Source: Minisyncoccota bacterium
GTDB taxonomy: Bacteria; Patescibacteriota; Minisyncoccia; Phycocordibacterales; JBAYLF01
Direction of reading: 5' to 3'
Assembly: GCA_041664205.1 (NCBI GenBank)
Contig: JBAYLF010000004.1
Coordinates: 12,297 to 76,296, forward strand
Length of the DNA stretch: 64,000 nt
In this document: piece by piece, positions 30,440 to 40,372 of the stretch
Position numbering within the stretch: the stretch's first letter is position 1
How the letters are laid out: each line of letters begins with the position of its first letter
Position numbers and translations under genes: made by a program
The notes under the pieces: generated by a model
The model's input: the letters and a program-made list of their open reading frames with translations, nothing else
The model's database searches: none
Told to the model about the DNA's origin: nothing

Positions 30440-31516
30440 TTATTTGCCTAAAAATGCAATTATAATTCCTATAGTGGCAAATATTATAGATATGATCCAA
30501 TAACGCATTGTCACTTTGTATGCTGGCCAACCGATTGCTTCAAAATGATGATGAATAGGCGCCACCAAAAAAACTTTTTTACCGTTACGAAATTTCTTTG
30601 AAACAACCTGAATTATGTCTGATAGTGTGGTAACTATAAGAGGAAAAGCAATTATCGGTAAAACGCTTAATCCGTGTCCGTCACCTAGTGAATCAGTCAT
30701 AAATGCAACAACTGTAAGCGTAAGTAAAAGTGCCATACTTCCTGTTTCTGACATATAAAAACGCGCTGGCGGAATATTAAACCAAAGAAAAGCAAGAATG
30801 CTTCCAACTATCACAGCGCAAAATGCCGCCAAATCAATTTGATTTTGAAAGAACGCAATAATTGTATATGCACCAAAAATTATACCGAGCACTCCGCCGG
30901 CAAGACCATCTAATCCATCTATCACACCGCCGGAATAAATACCGAGCATAACAAAAATAAAAAATGGAATAAATAACCAACCTAAATAAATAGTTCCAAT
31001 AAAAGGAACATAGATCATTGAAATCTCAAGTTTAAAATAAAACCACATCGAAGCAAGAAGTCCGACGATAGAAACAAGAATTATTCTTTTTTTAAGAGAC
31101 AATCCGCCAGAGATGTGGTCGCGACTTCCCCTTATATCTAAAAAGTCATCTACTAAACCTATAACAGCACCAACAAGAAGAGCAAAAAAAGGTAACCATG
31201 TTTGACTTCGACTTAGAAAATCTAGCTTATGAATAAAATCGGTCTTTAATAAATTATCTAGTATCCAAAGTCCTAAAATTACAAACGATGCTGATAGCCA
31301 GATAATAACCCCACCCATTTTCGGAGTGCCAACTTCTTTATCTTTATGGAGACTATTGAAAATCGGCGTATCTTTGCCGTCCATAGCAACCTTGCCTGCT
31401 TTTTTCTTCCACATCTCATTCTTATAAAGGTAATGGGTCCAAAAAGGTGTTAAGAAAATGCCTAAGAAAAAGGCAATAGCGGCAGGTAAAAACACTTTAA
31501 CAACATCGATAATCAT
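30440..31516 (-). CDS. mraY: Phospho-MurNAc-pentapeptide transferase
   Basis: TPKMGG, DGLDGL, APIHHHFE. Confidence 0.95.
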   Translation of the reverse strand: MIIDVVKVFLPAAIAFFLGIFLTPFWTHYLYKNEMWKKKAGKVAMDGKDTPIFNSLHKDKEVGTPKMGGVIIWLSASFVILGLWILDNLLKTDFIHKLDFLSRSQTWLPFFALLVGAVIGLVDDFLDIRGSRDHISGGLSLKKRIILVSIVGLLASMWFYFKLEISMIYVPFIGTIYLGWLFIPFFIFVMLGIYSGGVIDGLDGLAGGVLGIIFGAYTIIAFFQNQIDLAAFCAVIVGSILAFLWFNIPPARFYMSETGSMALLLTLTVVAFMTDSLGDGHGLSVLPIIAFPLIVTTLSDIIQVVSKKFRNGKKVFLVAPIHHHFEAIGWPAYKVTMRYWIISIIFATIGIIIAFLGK

Positions 31517-31555
31517 TGCTAATATTATACTTTATTTTGCTAAATGAGCCAAGAA

Positions 31556-31592
31556 AAATTGGCGTTGCACAGTATTTGTGCAACGCCAATTT
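31556..31592 (-). terminator. Hairpin after orphan ORF
   Basis: aaattggcgttgcaca/tgtgcaacgccaattt 16-bp perfect stem. Confidence 0.75.
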
Positions 31593-31597
31593 AAGCT

Positions 31598-32131
31598 CTA
31601 AATTATATTTAGAGAATTTTTATCAATAACTGCTGATGGGCTACTATATCCAAAATATTCAAAACTAAGAGGCTTTAATTGTATACCGAAGGTTTGAATA
31701 CCCCAGCAGATGCAGGGAACATAACGATCCCCTTCTGGATCCAAAAGTAAAACACCATCAAAACAAATTTGCCTAGGTAGGCCATTTACTTTATTTTTCC
31801 AAGACTCGGGAATAACAGACAATTTTCCCCAAAGGATTTGAAAAATATCTCCGCCAAGACATATAAGATTCTCACTTTTCTTTAAACGTCTCAACCTCTC
31901 TTCTCCACTAATATATTTTTCATGTCCCTTAAGACAAGTCACAAAACGAACGCTCTTGAGAACTTTCTCAATATCAGCAAATTCAGAAATGCGATTTTCG
32001 CTTTCCTTTTCAATAATACTCCAACCGTTACCAATAAATCTTGCAAAAGGACCTTTTACGTCAATTTGTTCAGATTTTTTTTCGGTCGGTTTTCCAATTT
32101 TTGGTAATCTCCTGAATAATTCAGCAATCAT
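31598..32131 (-). CDS. Hypothetical protein, possible CLec-like/DGR-target-type family
   Basis: GEERLRRLK, IPESWK, FDG..L..G.RYV, C-terminal PSAV; SD aggagg. Confidence 0.55.
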   Translation of the reverse strand: MIAELFRRLPKIGKPTEKKSEQIDVKGPFARFIGNGWSIIEKESENRISEFADIEKVLKSVRFVTCLKGHEKYISGEERLRRLKKSENLICLGGDIFQILWGKLSVIPESWKNKVNGLPRQICFDGVLLLDPEGDRYVPCICWGIQTFGIQLKPLSFEYFGYSSPSAVIDKNSLNII

Positions 32132-32351
32132 AATTTTCCTCCTGTTTTGTATTTTGTATTGTTTTTATTCCTGCAACGCTTTGCTACAGGATATAAAAGT
32201 TAATATTTTAACTCCTATATTCTGCAGTAAAGCGACATCAAAGAACTTTATATAAAAACACCTTATCATTTAAAACTTTAAATGTCAATGGTGAAATAGC
32301 CAAAATAAGCATGGAGGAAGCCATATTTTTATTTTTCAATTTTAATATTTT

Positions 32352-33293
32352 TTATTGCTTCAAATAAGAAAGGGTGCTTGAGGCAAGTGTGAGCACATCT
32401 TTAAATCTTCCTTCTGCCGTAGAACCTAACACAACAATAGCTATCGGTTTATTCAAACCACTATCAAAGATAACGGCAAGATTTCCTCCGGCAGTATCTT
32501 CGAGCCCTGTTTTTGAAGCGAGCAATCCTGGAATAAGCGAGGCAATCTTATCTGTATTTTTTGCATCAAATCTAGCGCCAGAAATTGAATTTAGAGATAT
32601 AGAAGATTTATTCGTAATTTCAAATATTTCAGGATATTGCTTAAAAGCATAGACAAACATTTTTACAACTCCAAGCGCAGAACCCATTCCGCCATTAGTA
32701 GTTTTGTCTATATCTAATCCAGTTTCATTGTAAAAATAAACATCACTATCCCCTATTGCTCTAGCTTGCTTATTCATTTGATCTACAAACCATTTATTTC
32801 CATTCTCATAACTACCCCCTAAAGCTTTTGCTCCTATTACAGAAGCAACGGAACGCGCCCCATCATTTGAAGAAACTATAAGTGTGTAGGATAAAAGAGT
32901 GCCCAATTTCCATTTGTCATTTGCCTTCAGTCCATTATTATCAATAATAAATGAACTCATTATTGGAACTTCAAGATCTTTTGGTGCAAGTTTCAAAGCA
33001 GTAACAGCCGTCATAATTTTTGTAAGAGAAGCAAGAGGCATACGCTCATTTTCATTTTTCCCATATAAAATCTTGTTGCTGTTTATATCATAAACAATAA
33101 CTGATTTAGCTTCGATATTTAAATTATTAAATGCATTATTATTTTTTTCAACTTTTACATTGGCCATTATTGGAATTCCACCGTCTTTAGAATTTAGCGC
33201 AGAAGCAACAAAGAAAAGCAAAAAAACCATATATCCGATGCTACACATCGTTAATATATTTGTCATCAAACTTTTTTTATTATTTTGCTCCAT
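32352..33293 (-). CDS. D-alanyl-D-alanine carboxypeptidase (S11)
   Basis: ASLTK (SxxK), SSN, KTG. Confidence 0.92.
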   Translation of the reverse strand: MEQNNKKSLMTNILTMCSIGYMVFLLFFVASALNSKDGGIPIMANVKVEKNNNAFNNLNIEAKSVIVYDINSNKILYGKNENERMPLASLTKIMTAVTALKLAPKDLEVPIMSSFIIDNNGLKANDKWKLGTLLSYTLIVSSNDGARSVASVIGAKALGGSYENGNKWFVDQMNKQARAIGDSDVYFYNETGLDIDKTTNGGMGSALGVVKMFVYAFKQYPEIFEITNKSSISLNSISGARFDAKNTDKIASLIPGLLASKTGLEDTAGGNLAVIFDSGLNKPIAIVVLGSTAEGRFKDVLTLASSTLSYLKQ

Positions 33294-33318
33294 TTATATA
33301 AATTATAACTTATTTAAT

Positions 33319-33900
33319 TTAATTTTCACTTAAAGTTTGTTCACTTTTATTTTCTTGGGTTTCATCGTCTTCTTTGTTAATTGCATTAAAATTTTCTATT
33401 TCTTTTCTTACTTCACTAAATTCCGGAAGTTCCTCAAGCTTCTTTATTCCTAGATAAGACATTAGCTCAAATGTTGGCTTATATAAGATCACTCTCTGAT
33501 CTTTAGCGTCTATCTCCTTTTCGATAAGTCCTCGAATAAGAAGATGTCTTAAAACAAACTGTGAATTAACCCCACGGATATAATCTATTTCTGAACGCCT
33601 TATTGGTCCTCTATAAAGAATAATGGAAAGCGTTTCAAGTCCTGCCTTTCCCAGATCTTTATTTAAATCTTCTTTGATAATTGATTCGATAAGTTCTGAC
33701 GAAGATGGTGTGGTGCCGAGCATAACCGAATCGTCTTTTTGCATAAGGCACACTCCCCTGTCTTGAAGCTTTTCTTCAAGAACTTTTAGAGCATCGCTTA
33801 TCTCTGGCTCGCTTACATTTAAAATTTGTGCGAGTTTTTTTATAGCGACGGGTTCGCCTTTGAAAAATAAAATTGATTCAATTTTTATATCTAAGTCCAT
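33319..33900 (-). CDS. scpB: SMC-Scp complex subunit ScpB
   Basis: IESILF, LETLSII.Y.GPI.RSEIDYIRGVNS; true start 33900. Confidence 0.93.
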   Translation of the reverse strand: MDLDIKIESILFFKGEPVAIKKLAQILNVSEPEISDALKVLEEKLQDRGVCLMQKDDSVMLGTTPSSSELIESIIKEDLNKDLGKAGLETLSIILYRGPIRRSEIDYIRGVNSQFVLRHLLIRGLIEKEIDAKDQRVILYKPTFELMSYLGIKKLEELPEFSEVRKEIENFNAINKEDDETQENKSEQTLSEN

Positions 33901-33917
33901 TTTATAAATTTTTATTT

Positions 33918-33989
33918 TGTCATTCCCGCGAAGGCGGGAATCTAGTTTCTGCCTGCTTAATCTGGATTCCCGCCTTCGCGGGAATGACA
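33918..33989. repeat. 72-bp palindromic element with ATTCCCGC..GCGGGAAT core (dRS3/RPE-like), copy 1
   Basis: tgtcattcccgcgaaggcgggaatc ... gattcccgccttcgcgggaatgaca. Confidence 0.85.
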
Positions 33990-34001
33990 CAAATTTTTTA
34001 A

Positions 34002-34733
34002 TTAATGATATTTAGGCACCCCAATCTCCTGTGTTTCCATTTCAATATCTCCATGCTTACTTTGTTGCATTACATTTATTATTCCATTCTTTACTAATTC
34101 TAACATAGCTAGAAAACTTACAATAACATTAACTTTTTCTTCTTTTCCAAATCCAGAGAAATTCTTAAAGCTCATTCTGAGACTTGTCTTTATTCTACCT
34201 GTAAGTTTTTCAATCGTTTCTTCCAAACTTATAACTTTCCTTACTAAAACCTTTGGTAATATTTCTTTCTTCGGCAAATTTTTTAGCACCTCTCTTATAG
34301 TGCTCAATAGTTTGCTAACATTAGTTTCCTTATCTGGTGAAAATACTGTCTGAATATTTTTTGTTTCAGATTTAGCAAAAATTAAATTGCTCCCATACAT
34401 TTTCTTCACATTGGAACTTAACTCTTTCATCCTCTGATATATCTTTAGGCGATTTTGTAGATCTTCGATATTTTTTTCTTCGTCTTCTGTGAGCTTAAGC
34501 GCTGGAAGCAATGATCGAGATTTTATAAGAAGAAGAGTTGATGCTATCAAGATGAAATTAGCGCTTTGATCTACTGGAAAATTTTCATAACTTTTAACAT
34601 GCGAAATATAATCATCTGTTACTTTAGCCAAAGAAATGTCATTTATAAAGAGCTTTCTCTTTTCTATTAAGGAGAGTAAAAGGTCTAAAGGGCCTTCAAA
34701 ATGCTCGGTTTTGACTTTAAATTGTTCTTCCAT
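34002..34733 (-). CDS. scpA: Segregation/condensation protein ScpA
   Basis: FEGPLDLLL, IKSRSLLP, FLAMLELVK. Confidence 0.95.
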   Translation of the reverse strand: MEEQFKVKTEHFEGPLDLLLSLIEKRKLFINDISLAKVTDDYISHVKSYENFPVDQSANFILIASTLLLIKSRSLLPALKLTEDEEKNIEDLQNRLKIYQRMKELSSNVKKMYGSNLIFAKSETKNIQTVFSPDKETNVSKLLSTIREVLKNLPKKEILPKVLVRKVISLEETIEKLTGRIKTSLRMSFKNFSGFGKEEKVNVIVSFLAMLELVKNGIINVMQQSKHGDIEMETQEIGVPKYH

Positions 34734-34875
34734 CTTAACCTTAGAATATCATTTTTTGAGCAAATTTAAAATTGATTGACTAAACTGATTTATTATTATA
34801 TTTTATATCAATAAAGTTCTTTGATTGACCTGCTGGCAAAACGCCAAGCGAATTACAGACTTCTAAACTACCGAT

Positions 34876-35379
34876 ATGACAAATACAGACATGATATATA
34901 ATGTTATTCCTATAGTATTCCCGTTATTCATTAATAACGACTATGCGATAAAAAGAATGCTTAAACTTGGCAATTATGATCTAGTTGACAATGATGTTAT
35001 TCCAAGCCATTTTGTGCCAAAACAGTGGACTGATTTGCTTTCTGATTCTGACTATGAAGTCACTCTCAAACTCATCTCTTTCAATACTGAAACGACACCT
35101 CAAAACAGTTTAGCTTGGATATCAGGGATTGGATTTAAATCGGCCAATATTCGAGAAACCTTAACCTTTGGTGCACAATATCCAAACGAGCAGAAAAATT
35201 CCTTGATTGTTTCTCCAGATGCAAACTTGAGAATTATGAGAAGTTTTTATTCGCTAGCGCTTGGAAATGAAAGAAGTTTCGGACTTCAAGACGAATCGAA
35301 ACCGCAACGAGTTTTGGGCTTCATTCATAATTTTCACAAACTTCCAGCGGGGACAAAATTTCTAGTTGTTCCTAAGTAA
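34876..35379 (+). CDS. Hypothetical protein, possible CLec-like/DGR-target-type family
   Basis: GNYDLVDND, ANIRETLTFGAQYPNEQ, C-terminal KFLVV. Confidence 0.55.
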   Translation: MTNTDMIYNVIPIVFPLFINNDYAIKRMLKLGNYDLVDNDVIPSHFVPKQWTDLLSDSDYEVTLKLISFNTETTPQNSLAWISGIGFKSANIRETLTFGAQYPNEQKNSLIVSPDANLRIMRSFYSLALGNERSFGLQDESKPQRVLGFIHNFHKLPAGTKFLVVPK

Positions 35380-35477
35380 GCATCTTATAAGATGAAATAA
35401 TCTGAGCCAGTGAACTCAGATTTCAAAGCCGCGCACTAACTTAATTGATAGGGCGCGGTTTTTATTTTGTCTAAAAA

Positions 35478-36872
35478 TTATTTTTGAATCTTTATTCCCA
35501 GTTCGCGGAGTTGTTTGTCTTCTATCTCTGCCGGCGCTTCCATCATCAAGTCTCTTCCCTCTCCAGTTTTTGGAAACGCGATAACTTCGCGGATCGAAGG
35601 CTCGTTTTTGAATATCATTATAAGGCGATCAACTCCCCAAGCAATTCCTCCGTGCGGTGGTGTGCCAGAGCCTAGTGCCTTTAGCATGTGACCAAAATTA
35701 TTTTCAATTCTGTCATTTTCATAATCCATAATCTCAAAAACTTTTTTCAATGCTTCCGGTCTGTGATTTCTGATACTTCCTCCGCCGATCTCGTAACCGT
35801 TCAAAACTATGTCGTATTGAGCTGCGATAATTTTTTCTATATTTTCTTTATTCATCAAGTCATTCATAAACTCCGGCATCGGTGCGGAAAATGGATTGTG
35901 AGTAAATGTCCATTTACCTCCGTCTGTCTTTTCAAAAAATGGAAAATCAATAACCCAACAAAACGCCAAAAGGTTTTTATCATTTTTGTCTTCTCTTATA
36001 TCTGGGTGGTCTGAACCATATTTCTCCATCGCTTCCTTATAAGTTATTTTAGGAAAAGGAATTTGCTGAATTTTTTTCTCCGGCATTAATTTTCCAACAA
36101 TCTCAATTAAAAGTTTTTCATTTAATTCCATCACTTCTTCTTGAGTAGTAAAACTTAATTCCATATCAAGTTGTGTGAATTCTGGCTGACGATCTCCGCG
36201 AGTGTCTTCGTCTCTCATACAACGAGCGACTTGGAAATATCTTTCGAATCCCGACGCCATCAAAAGCTGTTTGTATTGCTGTGGGGATTGTGGAAGCGCA
36301 TAAAACTTTCCCTTATCTATTCGGGATGGCACAACATAATCGCGAGCACCTTCCGGAGTAGATTTTGTAAGGATTGGAGTTTCTATTTCTATAAAATTTT
36401 CATTAGAAAGATAATCTCTAGTAAATTTAACGACTTTATCTCGCAATCGGATATTGTCTTGAAGTCTTGGTCGTCTTAAGTCTAGATAGCGATATTTTAA
36501 GCGATGTTCCTCGCCTATTTCGTTTCCGTCAGATGTTGGATCAATCGGCGGAGTTTCTGCTTCGTTCAAAACTTCAATAGATAAAACTTCAAGCTCAACG
36601 TCTCCGTTTGGCTCGTTTTTATTTATCATTCTTTCTGGACGCTTATTTACTTTACCAGTAACGCCAATAACCCACTCTGGTCGAACGGTATCACCAAGCT
36701 TATGAGCTTCTTCGTGGCTTGGCAAAACTACCATCTGAACTTTTCCGCTCATATCGCGAAGATCTATGAAGATAAGTTTCCCGTGATCGCGACGCACATC
36801 AACCCAACCAGCGACAGTAACTTCTTCTCCGGCATGTTCTTTTAGATTTTTTATATATACTCTGTTTTTCAT
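35478..36872 (-). CDS. aspS: Aspartate--tRNA ligase (GAD-less)
   Basis: RRDHG, YRYLDLRR, PEGARD, LPQSPQ, DRQPEFTQLD, PPHGG. Confidence 0.97.
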   Translation of the reverse strand: MKNRVYIKNLKEHAGEEVTVAGWVDVRRDHGKLIFIDLRDMSGKVQMVVLPSHEEAHKLGDTVRPEWVIGVTGKVNKRPERMINKNEPNGDVELEVLSIEVLNEAETPPIDPTSDGNEIGEEHRLKYRYLDLRRPRLQDNIRLRDKVVKFTRDYLSNENFIEIETPILTKSTPEGARDYVVPSRIDKGKFYALPQSPQQYKQLLMASGFERYFQVARCMRDEDTRGDRQPEFTQLDMELSFTTQEEVMELNEKLLIEIVGKLMPEKKIQQIPFPKITYKEAMEKYGSDHPDIREDKNDKNLLAFCWVIDFPFFEKTDGGKWTFTHNPFSAPMPEFMNDLMNKENIEKIIAAQYDIVLNGYEIGGGSIRNHRPEALKKVFEIMDYENDRIENNFGHMLKALGSGTPPHGGIAWGVDRLIMIFKNEPSIREVIAFPKTGEGRDLMMEAPAEIEDKQLRELGIKIQK

Positions 36873-36889
36873 ATTTTAATTTAGTATTT

Positions 36890-37864
36890 TTAGTAAATAT
36901 CTGTTCCAATTTTGTTTCTCACATCTTTCATTTTTTCTTCCGCACGAGCTTGCGCTTTCTCGCCACCTTCTTTCAAAATTTTCAAAACTTCAGGAATATT
37001 TTGTGCGATAGCTTTTCTTTTTTCTCTAAGCGGAGCGATGAATTTTGTTATATCAGCTATCAATATATCTTTTGCTTCTTTATAACTTAATCCGCCATCT
37101 TGATAACGCTTTCGCAGATCTTCTGTTTCTTTTTCATTTAAGAAAAGTTTGTGAATTTGGAACAATGTATACTCTTCAGGATTTTTTGGATCTTCTGGTC
37201 GTTTTGAATCTGTTGGAATTCGCATTACCGCATTCTTTATATCTTCGTCCGTCGCAAAAAGTTCAATTATATTGTTATAGCTTTTACTCATCTTCTGTCC
37301 ATCAATTCCTGGAACTGTTTCTACATTTTCTAAAATAAGAGGTTTTGGAACTTTAAATGTTTCGCCAAAAATTCTATTGAACTTTTCTGCGGTATCTCTT
37401 GATATTTCAACATGCTGTTTTTGATCTTTACCCACTGGCACAATATCTGAATCATAAATTAAAATATCTGACGCCATCAATATCGGATAATCAAAAAGTC
37501 CTACGTTTACTTCTTTACTCTTTGCTTCAGCGTCTTTGAAAGCATGCGCACGCATTAGATATGGAACTGTAGTTATGCAATTAAAAGTCCATGCAAGCTC
37601 TGTAACTTGTGGAACATCAGATTGTTTAAACAGAACGACTTTCTTTGGATCAAGACCGATAGCCAAATAATCAATCGCGACATCAATGATGTTTTGTTTT
37701 AATTCTTCTTTATTCTGAACAGTTGTTAAAGCGTGAAGATCGGCAATAAAAATATATGCTTCATATTCGTTCTGAAGTTCAACAAACTGTTTCATTGCAC
37801 CAAAATAGTTTCCTATATGTGGCCTACCTGTAGGCTTTATTCCTGATAAAAGTATTTTTTTCAT
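36890..37864 (-). CDS. trpS: Tryptophan--tRNA ligase
   Basis: HIGNY, VPVGKDQ, KMSKS. Confidence 0.97.
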   Translation of the reverse strand: MKKILLSGIKPTGRPHIGNYFGAMKQFVELQNEYEAYIFIADLHALTTVQNKEELKQNIIDVAIDYLAIGLDPKKVVLFKQSDVPQVTELAWTFNCITTVPYLMRAHAFKDAEAKSKEVNVGLFDYPILMASDILIYDSDIVPVGKDQKQHVEISRDTAEKFNRIFGETFKVPKPLILENVETVPGIDGQKMSKSYNNIIELFATDEDIKNAVMRIPTDSKRPEDPKNPEEYTLFQIHKLFLNEKETEDLRKRYQDGGLSYKEAKDILIADITKFIAPLREKRKAIAQNIPEVLKILKEGGEKAQARAEEKMKDVRNKIGTDIY

Positions 37865-37986
37865 AACTTCTATATAATAACAAAAATAATGCTTTTTAAA
37901 AGCATTTTATATACTAACTGATCTTAACTTATTATTTCCGCAAAAAGAGTATATTTAAAAATTATAACCATAATCTATACATAAAA

Positions 37987-38484
37987 TTATTCATTACAAT
38001 CTAGTTTTTTATTAGTTACAGATTTTATATCTTTTCCATCTACTACGAATTCGCAATTTCCAGTACCAGTAGTAGAAGTATCCGCGATACAGTAATAATA
38101 AAGTGAACCATAGCCTGGACTAGGACGTCGTAAGGTAATTCTTACAACAATACCGCCAGTCACGATCCAATTTTCCCAATCATAAGTCCAGCCACTGCAT
38201 GGCGGAGTCGGCCAGCTTTTTAAATATTTCGAAACAAATCTTGGTGGTGAATTTGGACCAACATCGGTAGCATAATTATTGTTATCATTGTAATCAAGAT
38301 TTGCTGCTACTCCTATAGAATTCATTGTTTCTAAAACTTGGGCAAATCTTGCTTTGCTACGGGAACTTTTTACGTTTACCTCTATGATACTTGAAAGCAA
38401 CATAATAATAGAAATCACCACGAGTAATTCAATTAAGGTGAAACCTCTTTTTTTTATTTTTTTTAATGTTTCTCGGTTGTGCAT
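37987..38484 (-). CDS. Type IV pilin-like protein
   Basis: KRGFTLIELLVV prepilin motif; C-terminal Cys residues. Confidence 0.9.
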   Translation of the reverse strand: MHNRETLKKIKKRGFTLIELLVVISIIMLLSSIIEVNVKSSRSKARFAQVLETMNSIGVAANLDYNDNNNYATDVGPNSPPRFVSKYLKSWPTPPCSGWTYDWENWIVTGGIVVRITLRRPSPGYGSLYYYCIADTSTTGTGNCEFVVDGKDIKSVTNKKLDCNE

Positions 38485-38496
38485 ATTTTAAAATTT

Positions 38497-38778
38497 TCAC
38501 AACCCGTGACCAGTTTCCATATAAGATTTTTGCTCAGGAGTCATTGGTGATATTTTTTTTCCTACATTTCCACCAAATAATAAAAACAGTGAAATAATAA
38601 ATACTAATATTGAAAACCCGATTAAGATATAATTTGCCTGCTTTTCATTAATATTTCCACCAGAATATTTTATAATCCATTGAATCATTTTTGGAGATTG
38701 TGCTTGAAAAGACTGAACAGAGCGTTGCAACTCATCATCAGCAAAAGTTACTTTCGATGATTTATTATTTTGATCCAT
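38497..38778 (-). CDS. Small single-TM hypothetical protein
   Basis: MIQWIIKYSGG..EKQANYIL followed by TM. Confidence 0.65.
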   Translation of the reverse strand: MDQNNKSSKVTFADDELQRSVQSFQAQSPKMIQWIIKYSGGNINEKQANYILIGFSILVFIISLFLLFGGNVGKKISPMTPEQKSYMETGHGL

Positions 38779-38820
38779 TTTTTTAGACTACGTTAATAAA
38801 ATAAAAATTTACCTACAAAA

Positions 38821-40176
38821 TTACTGACAAGCCCCAGCTTCCGTAGTTAATGTTCCAGCATTACTTACATATAATCTATAAGCTGTTCCATTAGGCGAAA
38901 ACATCTGAACACAGGAGCCGTTTGTAGTAGATTGTTTTGTTCCGATAAAAACAGTAGTTGTTGCAGTGGTTACAGATGGTGAAATGGAAACAATAGCTGA
39001 TGGTGAACTGGAACCAATTCCTAAATTACCAGAAGAATTAATAACGGAATTCAAAACACCTGTGGTGCTAAAAACATCTAAAATGTTTGCCGTTTGAGAA
39101 GCAACAGGTCTAATAGCTAATGTTGTAGATGCGATGTCGGTTCCTGTTATTGAAAGTTTGGCATATGGAGTAGTGGTACTAATACCTAAATTTCCAGTAG
39201 CTACTGCTGCGCTTGAAGAAGTGAGTCCTCCGTAAATTCCTGTGCCGTAGATAAGATTTCCGATGTTTAATTGTTGATTGACTGTAGTAGAAGGAGCGTT
39301 AACATTTGCACCTATGATGATGCTGGATGAAGCGGTGGTTATATTGTATCCCGCCGAATACCCTAAGGCAGTATTATTAGAACCAAAAGTGTTGGAATAA
39401 AGAGCTGCCCTACCTTGAGCAGTATTTTTGTAACCTATGGTGTTGTTAACAAGTGAATCAACACCATCGGCTGTATTGTACCAGCCAGTAGTATTGATCA
39501 TAAGAGCTTGATTACCATTAGCTGTATTCCACCAACCTGTAGTGTTACCATAAAGTGCAACCGCGCCATTAGCTGTATTACCAGAGCCTGTAGTATTAAG
39601 GTCAAGAGATGCCCAACCATTGGCAACATTGTAGTTGCCTGTAGTATTAGCGTACAAAGAGACTCTGCCAAAAGCTGTATTATTAGCACCTGTAGTATTA
39701 TTATAAAAAGACTGAAAACCAACAGCAGTATTTTGATCTGCTGCGTTATTACTAGCTGTTGAACTGGAAAATCCAGCTTGATAACCAACAAAAGTATTTA
39801 GTGTAGCACCTGCTACTACATTCTTTCCTGCCTGATAACCAAGTTTAGTATTTTGATCTGTATTATTAAAATCAATTAAATCGTAAACGCCTAAGAGGCT
39901 GTTTGGCGTTGTTGTTCCAATACCTACACTTCCTCCACCTGTTGCAAACGTTGCTCCGCCTGCGAATGTAGATGTGCTTGTTATTGTATTTACTGACAAA
40001 GCGCTTGTTAATACGCTATTACCTGTTACAGATAAATTTCCACCTACTGTAGTATCACCCGTTGATATTATGTTTGTTCCTATTGATGTTGCTGATACAA
40101 CTCCGGCTACAATAAAAAGAGATAAAGAAAGTATAGCAATTGTAAAAATATTTTCCTTAGTAATATATGACTTCAT
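38821..40176 (-). CDS. Secreted fibrillar adhesin-like protein with 14-aa repeats (YadA-head/tail-fibre-like)
   Basis: Signal peptide; repeated NTTG..NTA.G..AL units; GIGTTTP connectors. Confidence 0.8.
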   Translation of the reverse strand: MKSYITKENIFTIAILSLSLFIVAGVVSATSIGTNIISTGDTTVGGNLSVTGNSVLTSALSVNTITSTSTFAGGATFATGGGSVGIGTTTPNSLLGVYDLIDFNNTDQNTKLGYQAGKNVVAGATLNTFVGYQAGFSSSTASNNAADQNTAVGFQSFYNNTTGANNTAFGRVSLYANTTGNYNVANGWASLDLNTTGSGNTANGAVALYGNTTGWWNTANGNQALMINTTGWYNTADGVDSLVNNTIGYKNTAQGRAALYSNTFGSNNTALGYSAGYNITTASSSIIIGANVNAPSTTVNQQLNIGNLIYGTGIYGGLTSSSAAVATGNLGISTTTPYAKLSITGTDIASTTLAIRPVASQTANILDVFSTTGVLNSVINSSGNLGIGSSSPSAIVSISPSVTTATTTVFIGTKQSTTNGSCVQMFSPNGTAYRLYVSNAGTLTTEAGACQ

Positions 40177-40292
40177 GATAATTGAAGTTAAATTTAAATA
40201 ATTAACTGATGTCGTTTATTATAACAAATTTGTTTGATTAGGAACAAAGTAGCTGTGGAACAAAAAACTCACGAATGAATCGCGAATTTTTT

Positions 40293-40364
40293 TGTAATTT
40301 CCACAAAAACGGAGATCTAATTTCACTCTGCTTAATCTGGATTCCCGCTTTCGCGGGAATGACA
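40293..40364. repeat. 72-bp palindromic element, copy 2 (left half decayed)
   Basis: 40328-40364 matches 33953-33989 at 36/37 nt. Confidence 0.8.
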
Positions 40365-40372
40365 GAAGTATT

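Noticed and set aside
33901-33990. N-terminal extension of ScpB (MSFPRRRESRL...)
   Set aside because: It is the translation of the 72-bp palindromic repeat; ATG 33900 fits ScpB.
34810-34876. c-di-GMP-I riboswitch (ggcaaa...taccgat)
   Set aside because: Too short, and the P2/P3 stems cannot be built.
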